This document shows positions 47,272 to 59,071 of a DNA stretch of 64,000 nucleotides, in pieces (position 1 is the first letter of the stretch; the number at the start of each line of letters is the position of its first letter). A program made the translations under genes and the position numbers. This DNA is from Coniocarpon cinnabarinum (Eukaryota): contig JAVECO010000131.1 in NCBI GenBank assembly GCA_051942205.1, positions 1-64,000 on the forward strand. The letters run 5' to 3'. Under the pieces are notes generated by a model, which was not told where the DNA came from, searched no databases, and saw only the letters and a list, made by a program, of their open reading frames with translations.

Positions 47272-47352
47272 GAAGCAAATGGACGAAGCAAATCGACGCA
47301 CGAAGCAAATCGACGCACGAAGCCAATCGACGCACAAAGCCAATCGACGCAC
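47272..47352. repeat. 17-bp minisatellite, 4 copies plus a degenerate 5' copy
   Basis: GAAGCAAATCGACGCAC x2 (47285-47318), GAAGCCAATCGACGCAC and AAAGCCAATCGACGCAC. Confidence 0.9.
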
Positions 47353-48273
47353 AAAGACCAAAGCGGGACCACGACGTGAAATCGATGCTAGAATATCTGA
47401 TCACTGGCAGCGACGACGTTTTCTTCTCCCTTAGTGAATAACCTCAGCACCACAGGTTCCACTTTCATAAAGCTACGAAAAGGAAAAGACTAGGTGTCTG
47501 ATAGTAGTACCATAATGAAGAAGCAAATTTCCGGACCAGGTTTTACGTCGATGTCCTAAACAATTCTCTGAAGAACTTGGAATGTCAGATCGGCTTGAGA
47601 GAAGAGGTGACATGGCCTTGATCTGCTATCGCCTGGCGGCGGAAGGTCACATAACTTTTCATACCGCCAGCAACGTGGGGATTAAGTAAAAGACACAACA
47701 ATGACATGCGATATAGACTCCATGTGTTGATTTTTGCTATTCTTTTCTGCCGTGGGCTAGTAATTCCAGTCTTCAGCAACTGCAAAAAATCTGTAAACAA
47801 GGTCGCTATCATGACTAATTCATATACATTAATTAGATGTATGAGGCTTTTTTAGGGCGGCGAGGTGCGATAGCAACTTAAAGGTCTAGAAACCGACGTT
47901 CACTCCTGACTTCTACCTCACTGTCGTGACACCGATGCACTTTGCGAAAACGGAAGTACTCTATAATAGCTTTGGGAGATGATAGCTCACTGTGCTTGTA
48001 TTCCCACTGTGTTCCTCTTTGCCGAGTTTGTGAAGTTCTGATAATTTGTATGTGCTCTGCACAGGCAATCGACTGCGATGGACAGAAGTCTGCTTACTTG
48101 AAATCCTTCTGAAGAATTAGAAAGACGACCAGCGATCGAATGCCTGAAAGAAGTCCTATCACGTTGGTTAAACCCGCACCTGGCGTGTCAGAAGCGAAAC
48201 TGCCTCCTACAGTACTACTAATCCCCACTGACTGAGATTTCCATTCTTACATCCTCGTTTCATCGCTGATCAC

Positions 48274-49574
48274 TCAAGAATATCCCGCAATGGTCACACC
48301 CTTGACACTCCCCTTGCTGCCACCCGTAAGGCTGACACCATTGAATTTAAAGTTGCTGCACCCCGTGCCGCAAAGCACATACACTTCCTGCGCCTTGGAG
48401 GTTACACTCCCCGTCACATCTGAAACCGTCACGCCATCAATCGTCACACCGTTGGTAGGTGTACCAGAGGGCCCACCATTGAGGTAGTCCTGCTGGATGA
48501 CGATGCCGTAGTCGGTGATGCCCGACATCTTGACGCCGCTCCAGGTGACGTTGCTGACGGATCCGGTGGCACCGGAGACGGTCTTGATACGGAGGCCGTT
48601 CTGGCCGTTGGTGATGGTCGAGTCGCGGACGCTTACATTCTCGACGACGTTGTTGGAGCGGCCGCCGACTGAGCCGATGCTGAGACCGTGGGAGCCGTTG
48701 CAGGTCATACCGGACATCTCGATGTTGGTGCCACTGTTGATGGCGACGCAGTCGTCTTGGTTGTTGACCTTGGTGTTGGAAATGCTCACGCCGTTCGAGC
48801 TGCCAATATCAAACGCATCAGTGTTGTGCGCGACACCGTTGGGGCCTGACGCGGCGCCATTGTCAATGGTCAAACCGGAGATGGTCAGGTCGTCGGACTG
48901 GATGGACATGAACTGGATGGGGGCATTTTTGAGGGTGATTCCGTTGATGGTGGAGGAGTCGAGGTTGTGGGCGGAGAAGAACTTGGGTTTCGTGATGCCC
49001 CCGTTGGAGCCTTGGCCGTCCCCTAGGAGCTGAACGTCAACACAAGGCTTTTTTAGAATACTTTCTGAGGAAATAGCAAACCCACAGTATTGAGGGCCAT
49101 TGCCGTCGATGATGCCGCTGCCCGTGACGGTGACGCCGGTGCCGGAGATGGAGAGGAGGGGCCCATCCTGAGGATTGTAGTCAGCAACTTGACGGTCGCT
49201 CAAATCAACCCAACCCGGCTGGGCTGATTGCCATCCGGCATCGATAGCCACATGGGTGTACCTCCTGTGGATATCGAGACAGGAGACGACGCTTGATCCG
49301 AACTCACCCATTCCTTGTAGCCAAAGGATGTGGTACCCGTGAACGTCACGGTCGTGCCTTTGGCGAGCTTCTCCAAAGTAAGAGTCTCACCGGCGGGGAC
49401 CTTGACGTTGTTGACCTCGATCGCAGTGGACTTCAAGCATCCCGACACCTGTGAATAGTCGCTGATGACACAAGGGGATGCTGCGTCGGCGCGGGAAGCG
49501 AGACTTGGTGCGGCGAGCGCGCCCTGGGACAGCAGTGCGGCCGCGGCCGCAATGGCAGACGTCTTGACCGACAT
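48274..49574 (-). CDS. Secreted endopolygalacturonase (GH28)
   Basis: Signal peptide [21 protein letters not shown] and catalytic motifs HNTD, QDD, GSHG and RIK. Introns 49307-49168 and 49085-49023 (splicing restores [10 protein letters not shown]). Confidence 0.95.
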
Positions 49575-50679
49575 TTTCAGGATCAATTCCTAAAGAATGA
49601 ATTGAGAGAAGAGTTGAACTCAGATGGAGAAGTGAAGCCCAAAGCAGCTGTCAAAGCCGGAAGTGATGTTCTTGCAAAGGAGCGACACGGGCTACAATGG
49701 ACCTTTTTGTATGTGTATGTGTCCCACTAAGAAGCAAGAAAGGTAGTATCACAGAGAAAATCCGAGAAGAAAAAGAGCGGCTTCAAGCGTCTAGGCTTGA
49801 CGTGTACGTAGACGATACGACCACAGCAGCAGCAGCAGCAGGAAACTTAAGCTTACATGCGGAGACCCTTATACTGCAGCTCAGGTCAAATGACTCCAGC
49901 CAGCGAGCTTAAAAGGCATCTCAGGGAGGGAAATGAAGCAGGCACTCCACACTTAGCAGGGATGATGCAGCGCTGGGCAGGAGCAGTGCCAGAGGCCGGT
50001 TTCAGCGAGGATGATGAAGTGGATGCAGGGTGGGGGGGAATTGCTTCTAGCGTGAAGGCCTCTCGAGGCGTGACTGTCTCCACATTGGTGGTGGAGAAGG
50101 AGGAGGAGGAGAAAGTGGAAGGTCGGGAGATCATTGTGATGAGCAGAGCCGCAGTGTGGGATTACGGGGAGGGGGTCGAGACTCGATGGCGGCGAGGATG
50201 GGATGACAGCGGCAACTAGAAAGCGTGTCGAAAGCTTGTCTTGTTGCTCGAGTGGACCTCTTTTTCCCTCTCGTCGAATCCACGTGCGGGCATCTAATGA
50301 GGCGAGCGGAGAAATTACAGACGAGAAATGGGAGAGCAGGGAGAGAGCAGGGATGTGGGCGCGAGTCGACGTGTAATTTTAGCCCACCCGGCCGCCGTCG
50401 CGCTTGCCCCTTTTCAGTTGTGGATCGTGAAACTCTAGCGCAGTCCGAGACTTGTCAAATTTCCTGAAATCACGTGTCCTCACAGACGATCAATCACCGA
50501 ACGCAAACTACATCACGTGATCAGAGAAAATCTGGCGCCGAAATTTGACGTCCCGCAGCTACAGAGTGCCCATCCATGTGCCTGTGGTCACTTGCAAACG
50601 CAGCAGCTTTACATCTGCCTCGGTGAACCAGCCTCGAGCGGCAACACTACTGTCTGCTTTTGCAAACTTGTGATGGAGG

Positions 50680-50899
50680 TCATTTGCTCTTGGATCCGCT
50701 GCCGCCGCTTCCGCCGCTTCCGCCGCTTCCACCGTTGCCACCCCCTCCACCTCCGTTGCCCTTGCTGCCTCCACTGCCGGTGTTGCCGCCTGTGCCTGTA
50801 CCGCCTGTGTGAACACCGGGTCGCAACAACAGCCGGACGAGTGGAAAGCATACCTGTGTTCCCCGTGATCCCGGAAATTGCGGCGTCCCAGAGCCCCAT
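50680..50899 (-). CDS. Candidate spliced glycine-rich microprotein (56 aa)
   Basis: Start context CACACCATGG; exon 50899-50854, 49-nt GTATGC...CAG intron 50853-50805, exon 50804-50680. Product MGLWDAAISGITGNTGGTGTGGNTGSGGSKGNGGGGGGNGGSGGSGGSGGSGSKSK. The branch site is weak. Confidence 0.55.
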
Positions 50900-52218
50900 G
50901 GTGTGGTCAACTTGCGGCCTTTAACTGGATTTGTCGTTGGTTTGATTCTCGTTCTTCTTGTTGCTGTCTGTCTCTTTCAACACTGAGCTGCAGTGTCGCA
51001 CGTATTTGTATTCATTGGCCGCCAGGAGGACGTGGCATCTTTGTTCACACGGGTCGACAGGTCATGATCTGGCAGGAGCTACAGGTGGCACTGATGGCTA
51101 GTAGACTCCTCACAAAAGTAGCTATCGTACCCTGTTAGGCGAACGAGGAATTTTCACGTGTGCCGACAATCGTTGGACATGACAGCTGTCCGATCTTGAC
51201 GTTGGGATACGTAGATTCGTCTCCATAAATGCATCAAACGGCTCTCTTCGTTTATCAACAAAGGGCAGACGGCCTTTGGGTTGGATGTAGCCTCCTTAGG
51301 GTCAAGTGTAAACCTTGTGTGACCATTGACCTAAAATGGCAATGGCTTCTTTTTAGCGACAGCTATAGATGTCCCTAAACAACGTGTCTTTTCCCATATG
51401 CACTTGCAACTGACGTGCGCCCCTAGTACAGTCTCTGAAGCCATTCGAGGTGTTTGGTGTGGGCAGTGAACATCCTGACACCCTCGAGGATTTGCGTTCT
51501 TGTTGTGATATTGGTTGCTTTCTCTCAATGAGGAGATAGGTGCAATTTTGTGATGGTTGTGGGGCGAGTTGCGACGGAGTGGACAGTAGTGAGATTCCGT
51601 ACTCTAGGATACGGCATAGCTTGCCGGGGGTGTTGCGTTTGACCCAACGCAAACTGTCTTCCCCCCGCAATTGACAAGATGATTGTAGGTCTTTATGAGC
51701 AATACGGTCTCCTAAATTTGCAGCATTGCGATCATGGAAAGCGACAGCCGGCACGATCGATCCTTTTTGAAACCATTCTTCAACTACATACTCCGGTAAG
51801 CAAGCGGATACAAGACATGACATTTCCCTGAACGAGCAGAGATTTTAAACTTCTGCAGGTCCTTGGTGGTCTGAATTTAGTATGCTGCACTTTTGAAGGC
51901 ATTGCCGGGGTTGTTCCGTATACCACTCCACAAGCAATGTTATGTCTATGTCCTCCCCCAAGACAAATATGAGAACGAACCAGATAGAAAAAGAACAAGA
52001 AATGAAAGAATAGAGACGAAGAGAGAAGGAACGAAACGAACCGAAAGGGAATCTCGACTAACCCGTATGCTCCTCCTGATGACGATCAGTGTAGGGCCGG
52101 TCTAAACTAGTTCCTACCTCTGCTTTCCAACCTACACGACCAGCTGTCCATCGTTACTAGTAATTCTCCCATTACATTATAGAGATCCTGTACATTCCCA
52201 CTTAATTAACGTCGACCA

Positions 52219-54009
52219 TCACGAGTCTATTCCGGGCAACGGCACTCCACCCACCGCAGCTTCGTAGACAGGATAAAACAGCGGACACCGATAGCTGACC
52301 ACACTCGGATCAACCACCGTCACGCCGCTGCTCCCATCCAAACCAAGCACGCCCAGACTCTCATTGAACCTCCCGATCTCCGGCCAGCCCGGACCACCCA
52401 TCGGGTTCTTCGCGAAATTCCCCCACACAGAGTTCATATACTGACTCAACGCGACTTGCTGCGCCGTCGGGGGAATCTGCGTCTGCTGTAGCCCCAGCGG
52501 GCCAACATTGGGATTGATCGGCCCACCGCCGTAGGTCTGGAAGACCGACACAATCTCGGAGGAGTGGTACACGCCGCTACCGTCAAAGATGGTGGTGCTG
52601 GGAAAGCTTGCGTTGTACAGGTATCTCCAGGCGGGTACACCGGCAGCGGCAGTCTGGTTCGCTTGGAGCGCCTGGCCGCACTGGAAGTTGAGATCCGTGT
52701 ACACGGCGCTGATGAGGTCGAAGTCGGTGTTCACGCCAGCAATGTCTCCCACAGGACCGTAGGCAGCTTCTATCAGGGGAATCTGCTGCGGTGCCGTAGT
52801 GCCGAATGTATTCTGCAGGAAGGCAGTGAAATTGTTCTGGCCGACCTCGAATACTCGACCTTCTTGATAGTTGGTCCCGCCAAGGATGGGCACGCGCGCG
52901 AAATTGCCGGCCGCGCGGGCCAAAGCACCACTGCCAAAATCCGTGACATTGTCAACAACGGGTTGGAACTCGATGGAATTGTCGTCGATGATTTGGCGAA
53001 TGGTGTCTACTGGCGCGTTCCGCACGCAGGTCAGGTTTGACTGGCCGGCGGTGCAATTGAGAGCAGCGGCGAGCTGGGCAAAGGGGGATATCCTGGTGCC
53101 GGGCAGCACGCTTCCCGCGTCGCCGTACGAGGCCTGGCCCGATTCGAGGATGGCGCCTCGGAACGGCGCGTCCTCGGTCGAGTACGACGTGAGGAGCGTG
53201 TCCGTCGACAAGGCCCCCGCGCTCTCCCCGAAGATGGTAACCTTCTTGGGGTCACCGCCAAACTTGTCGATGTTATCCTGCACCCACTGCAGGGCGAAGC
53301 GCTGGTCCAGGAATCCGAGGTTCTGCTCGGTCACTGGCAGCTCGGGCGAGTTGACGAACCCGAACACATTGGTGCGGTAGTTCGGGGCGACAAGGATGAC
53401 ATCCTGATACGCTGCAAACGCCGAGCCGTCATACGCCGGCTGGCCAGCGTTGCCAAACTCGAGGCCCCCGCCATAGATCCAGAACAGGACTGCGCGACCG
53501 TCAGGTGATGGTGGAGTCGATGGCGCGTACACGTTCAAATAGAGACAGTCCTCGCTCTCCTGCGGGGGCGGCTCGTTGAAGACGGACTCGGTGAAATTCC
53601 TGGCAGCAGGCGACCCGGTGAATTGTTGGATGCAGGAGGCACTGAAGGCTGTAGCATCAATGGGGGCGTCAAATTGATCTGGCTGCGATGGCGGTGTGAA
53701 TCGCTGAGGCGGGCTCTTGGCGTAGGGCACGCCGAGAAACTTGTTCACAGGCGCCGTCGCCGTGGGTAGGCTGGTGGTTGTTCCAGCGACTTGGCCGTAT
53801 GGGAGCGTGACGGTGGCTGCGAGACTGCTTGCCGAGTCTGCGGCGGTGTCAGAGCCAGGATCAGAGCCTGCATTGATTCTTGTGTTTAGCAGGAAATCAT
53901 GACAACGTAAGTGTTCTCATCATTTCATACCTCTGCGGACGACGCCCGGCACAGCTGAAGCCAATGGCAACGTTGCTAAGAGCGCTATCGACGCAATCCT
54001 GAATGCCAT
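52219..54009 (-). CDS. Secreted type-B carboxylesterase/lipase
   Basis: Signal peptide MAFRIASIALLATLPLASA and intron 53930-53868. Motifs FLGVPYA, SEDCLYLNVY, WIYGGG, the GESAG nucleophile and YHSSEI. Confidence 0.93.
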
Positions 54010-54636
54010 CTTGACAGCGCACTTCAATGCAGCACGTACGGACAAGCCCAGCCTCCACCATCGAGGCCTCGCAGCTTTTTGAGAGCTGCCATCGCTCCCC
54101 TCTTCACGACATGACGTCCGTCAACGATTGTTCCTGACCAGGGTGTTCGGCAAGAAGGCGACATGTAGCCGGCGTATCTCGGTTCATGAAGAAGCGCAAC
54201 CAACTCTCACTGGCCATTGGCACGCCTTAGCAGCCGGAGCCTCTGAGCTATAGTCGTTCTTGACAACAAAAAGTGGCCCACCCGCCTGCCGCTAGAAGCA
54301 TTGGCGATAGGGAGCTAGGCAGCTTGCGGCAAGGAGATCGGTCCAAGTGCGGAGAAGACGGGACAACCTTGGCTATGACTTATTTTCCGGAGCGAGATCG
54401 AGCTTCCGCGGCTTACATTGGACAAGAAAGGAAGATAATTTTGGGAATGATGTTTCAATTTTGTTGAAAATGTTCACCAGGAAGCTGAATCTATGTAATA
54501 GGGGGCTTAAGAAACAAAGTACCACCGTGAGAGTCATGAAATCGTCCGAGGCCGTTTGACCGACTTCGGGATATGCCATAGCAGCGCGACGAGACTACAA
54601 TGAATGACGGAAAGTAATTCATTGAATGTTTGTCGT

Positions 54637-55902
54637 TTAGTCCGTCTCTGCGTGATCCTTGTGAAAAATGGCGTGTCCCCGTCGTCGGTGCCTCACTCGT
54701 CCCGCACCCACTGGCAAAGCCTTCATCGCCCCGTTCTGACAGGTCATTCCATTGGCAACAGGAAGCGGAGCAGCGCACCCAACGTTGCAGGTCCCCCAAG
54801 TAGTCGCGCTGAAGCAGAAAATGGATCCGTCCGCTGCACCGCACGGCTGCTGACCCTGTAAACATTGACCCGGCGAGGGTGCTGGTGCGGGAGAATTGGA
54901 CTGAGGTGTGCTCGCTTGCGTCGCTGGCGAGACTGGAGGCGCAGCGGCTGGTCCTTGAGGCGCTGCTTGTGTTGTGGGCTGAGCAGCAGCGTGATCTGCT
55001 TGCTTGGGCGCTGCAGCCGCTGGCGCTTGCGTGGGCGCTGCCGGAGCCGGACCTGGGCCTGCACCACCTTCGGCACCAGCAGACGCCACGTTAGTTGCAT
55101 CCATTGGGAACCCGTTCAAAGCTGAAGGGAGGAGCGACGAAGAGACGTTGGTGGGCTTGAGATTGGGCGCTTCGCAGAAGTTCATTGGGTAAATAAAGGT
55201 GTCTTTGTTGACTTCAACGGAGTTGCCCGGGTCGGGAAGCTTGATGGCGTAGTCCTTCACACTGGATTCGCATCCCGCGGCGTTTCCATTATTCGCAACC
55301 ATGATACTTGGAAGCTTGTCCCACTCCTGCCAGTCGACGTCGTCACGCTTGACTTTGGGCTTGTCTGATCCTGCGGTCACCTTGAGAGGGGCGCAGTTCA
55401 TGTACATTTCGCGGTTTCCGACCTTATTGAACCATGTCCACGCGAAGGTGTAGTCGCCCGGTTCGATCTTTGGGTTCATGGTGAAAAAGTACTTGTCCGG
55501 ATCGACTGCATCCGGGCCTCCAGGGGCGTTGCCTGCTATGTTGCGCATGGGACACCCTCCTTCGACGGAGTGAATGACCTTGAAGTCGGACTTCGCAGTG
55601 GGCGTCTTGTCTTTGGTCAGAGAGAACTGGCAGGAGCCGCCACCGTGCACCGCCGAGCCTGTGAACGAGACGAATGACTGCTCGCCCTGGGCTACAGTGG
55701 TGGTGTTGGCGCCAGACCAGTCGTAGTAGCTGGGACCATCTGCTTTGCAGGGATAGTTGTTCTCGAGGGGTGAGTTGGATGGCTGGCCAAAAGGTGGAGG
55801 ATGTGACATGATCATGTGGGAAGTGACTCCGGTGATAGTGCACGCTGCCAGCAGCGTGAAGCGAAGGGAGCTCATGTTCATGGATTGCAACTGTGGAGAC
55901 AT
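54637..55902 (-). CDS. Lytic polysaccharide monooxygenase AA11 with Pro/Ala linker and C-terminal Cys-rich module
   Basis: Signal peptide followed by N-terminal His (VTS|HMIMSHP), GSAVHGGGSCQ, VIHSVEGGCP and WTWFNKVGNREMYMNCA. Confidence 0.92.
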   Translation of the reverse strand: MSPQLQSMNMSSLRFTLLAACTITGVTSHMIMSHPPPFGQPSNSPLENNYPCKADGPSYYDWSGANTTTVAQGEQSFVSFTGSAVHGGGSCQFSLTKDKTPTAKSDFKVIHSVEGGCPMRNIAGNAPGGPDAVDPDKYFFTMNPKIEPGDYTFAWTWFNKVGNREMYMNCAPLKVTAGSDKPKVKRDDVDWQEWDKLPSIMVANNGNAAGCESSVKDYAIKLPDPGNSVEVNKDTFIYPMNFCEAPNLKPTNVSSSLLPSALNGFPMDATNVASAGAEGGAGPGPAPAAPTQAPAAAAPKQADHAAAQPTTQAAPQGPAAAPPVSPATQASTPQSNSPAPAPSPGQCLQGQQPCGAADGSIFCFSATTWGTCNVGCAAPLPVANGMTCQNGAMKALPVGAGRVRHRRRGHAIFHKDHAETD

Positions 55903-57435
55903 GGTCTTCAGAGTGAACGAGAAACTGGACCTGCCAGTAGAGGGTTCTATCGAAGAACGAGAATATTTTTTGCTATTTTGTAGTTCCGAAAGGACAGTGT
56001 GGTCGAAGAAGGGGAGAAATGAATGATGAGTGAAGGAAGGTAAGAAGACAAGAAAAGAATGTCGAGATGTTTATTGGCCTCTGGGGCTCGTTGGCACCTC
56101 AGCAACGGATAATCAAACGAGCTCGATGGCGCAAAGGGCCGGTCGTCACCTTCTGCCTCTCACGCGAAGATATTTGCGGGGCATCCCTCATACCTTTATA
56201 CGCAAACTCTGAGAAGAGCGCATGCAGGCGCCGTGCTTGCTGAGCCGCAGAAGCTCGATACGAGCTCGAAACAGCATATTTAGCCCGCATCGGTGCAGCT
56301 GGGCCTGTAGGACACAAGACGTCTGGGTTCAACTGGCTGTGAAGTTTTTACGATCTGCGGGGCATGCACCCAAGAGGCGCGTGCATGGTTTCGAGTTTGC
56401 GCGCTGCTGGTGGATTCCCAGAGATGGCGCTTAGGAGGGCGGCTATGTCGGTATAGAGGGGCACACCGCGGTCGAGGGTTGCGGAGTGATGAATGTGACA
56501 TACCATGTTCACGGGCTCCATGGCTGGTCACACGTTCATTGCCGCGAAGGTGAATGCAATGGCCCAATATGTGAGGTGCAGTCCAGCACCGATGCTGCTG
56601 CGCAGTCGCCAGAGGTCACGCTACGGGCTCGAACGACGAGGTGTTGAGTGAACGCCGCGTTGCTGGCGAGACTCACTGCCATTTCCTACGATGCTAGGGC
56701 ACTGTTCACGAGCGTCGGGCACTCTTCGCCTTCTCTGTCAACGTCCTCGGGGGCTGTTTGCCGTGGATGCTTCTTCATCAATGCTGACTTGAAAGCAAGG
56801 TGAAAGTCATGAACGCGGGTGCTGCACATAATCTGTGCTGCCACGAAACCAACAGCTTGTTGACTGCTCAGCAGCTCAGTTCCATGTCAGTCGTACAATC
56901 TGCCACCGCGAGAAGGTTTCGCGTAATGAACAGAGATGATGTTAGTGCCGTCGCGCCAGTGTCACTACCTCTCCGCCAAGCGTTCACGCACAGACCAGGC
57001 TGCCGCACTTAGCGACAATTCACAATGGGCAGATCGGAAATCGGCTCCGAAGGAAGGGGCAGCCCCGATTGGGCGAGCAGCTGACATCACAGTTCTGAAT
57101 TCACGCGACTCTGAGTGAGGAGAAAGACGGCCGCGCAGGCCTGTGCGTCTCCATGTCTCAGTGAGACTCCGCAGACTATCTGAGCGTCGCCGCCAGCGTG
57201 CCTTGATAACCTCCCTGTGCTCTGCGCGGCCTCCTTGTCCTTCACTCTCCCACCCGCGCGTCGCCGTCTCCTCGCTCGCCGCTCGGTGGATCTACAAGGA
57301 TTGGTCGTTCAACGTCGTTCGCGGAAGTCTGAGTGGAGCCTGTGATTTCATCCGACGTCCCCCACTTCCAGCAAGACTTTGCGCGAATTGTTGCCCTCTC
57401 GGCGTCGCCGCGCAATCATCATCACCACCACCGTG

Positions 57436-59071
57436 ATGGACGAGAAGGCAAAGTCAAGCTCTCCGCATTCGCCCTCGGACGAGGAAACAATCAAGGACGG
57501 CGCCCACTACGATGAAGAGCAACCGTCACGCCGCCAGTCTATGTTCGCCCGTGGGTCCATCTCCCGGCGCAAAGGCTATGAGGCAGATGACCCCTTCGCG
57601 GGCGAAGAGGAGGGCGAAGTCCAATACCGCACGCTGCGCTGGTGGCAAGCGGCGATGATCATGATCGCCGAGACCATTTCTCTCGGCATCCTCTCGTTGC
57701 CATCAGTCCTGGCGCGCGTGGGCTTCGTGCCCGGCATCATCTTGTTGTTGGGTTTGTCGGCGTTCGCGACATACTCGGGCTATGTGCTGGGTCAGTTCAA
57801 GCAGCGGTATCCACAGGTGCACACCATGGCCGATGCGGGTGCGATCCTGTTTGCGCCGCTGGGGATGGAGGCCATTGGTCGAGAGTTCTTTGGCGCGGCG
57901 CAGGTCATATTCTTGATCTTCACCATGGGTAGCCACATTTTGACGTGGACCATCATGATCTGGACAATGACGGACGGGAACACAGCTCATTGTGCTATTG
58001 GATACAGTGTGGCAGGGATGATCCTGCTTTGGCTGTTTGATCTTCCAAGGACGATGAAGAATCTGAGCTGGTTTAGCATTGCGTGTAAGTCTCTCTTGCA
58101 TATTCTAGCGGTCTCCCAGGCCGTACACAAATCGGAGGTTGGCTGACGAGATACTTTTCATAGCTTTCGCTTCGATCATCGGAGCTGTCTTCATTCTGAT
58201 GATCGACGTGGGTGTGATCAAGCCCGACGCTGGCGACATCACCGCGACCAAGCCCGCCAAGTTTACGACGGCGTTCAACTCCGTCTCCAACATCGTGTTC
58301 GCCTATGCGGGCCACGTCTCCTTTTTTTCCTTCATCTCCGAGTTCCGCGACCCTTCCGAATTTCCCAAAGCCCTGTTCCTCCTGCAGGGTGCGGACACGT
58401 GCATGTATCTTGTGGTGGCTGTTGTGGTGGCGTATTACACAGGCCCCGACGTCGACAGTCCGGCACTAGGCGCCGCCAAGGGTGCCGTGAAGAAGGTGGC
58501 GTGGGGCATTGCTATACCCACGATTGTGATTGCGGGGGTCATCTACGGTCATGTTGCGAGTAAATACATATACGTGCGATTGTTCCGAGGCACGCGACAT
58601 CTGTCGTCGAATAGCTTCTTCTCGAGAGCGGTATGGGCAGGTATTGCGTTGGTGTTGTGGTTGATAGCATGGATCTTGGCCGAAAGGTAAGACCAGCTCT
58701 GCATTTTGCAACTGAACTCGAAGAGACTTGGCTGACATGATCGCAGTATTCCGGTATTCAACGATCTGTTGAGCTTGACCAGCGCCCTCTTCGCATCCTG
58801 GTTCACTTACGGTCTGAGCGGTATGCATGACCTGGCTCGTTTATTCAAATCAAGGAAGACTGACGAGATGAAAACAGGTATCTTCTGGCTGTTCATGAAC
58901 TGGGGCCAATGGTTTGCCGGCCCACGTAAAATCTTCCTCACATGCGTCAACTTTGCTCTTTTTGGTATCGGCCTCGCCATCTGCGGAATTGGGCTCTACA
59001 CGAGCGGGTACGCCATCAATGAAGATAGCAAGACTAGTTCTGGTTCTTGGAGTTGTCAAGCTCACGAGTGA
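57436..59071 (+). CDS. Amino-acid permease, Aa_trans/AAAP family (Neurospora Mtr-like neutral amino-acid transporter)
   Basis: YRTLRWWQAAMIMIAETISLGILSLP, VFAYAGHVSFF and IPVFNDLLSL, with multiple TM helices. Introns 58085-58163, 58687-58746 and 58821-58877. Confidence 0.92.

Noticed and set aside
47272..47352. Short direct repeats as a possible CRISPR array
   Set aside because: The units are contiguous with no spacers, there are no cas genes, and the context is eukaryotic.
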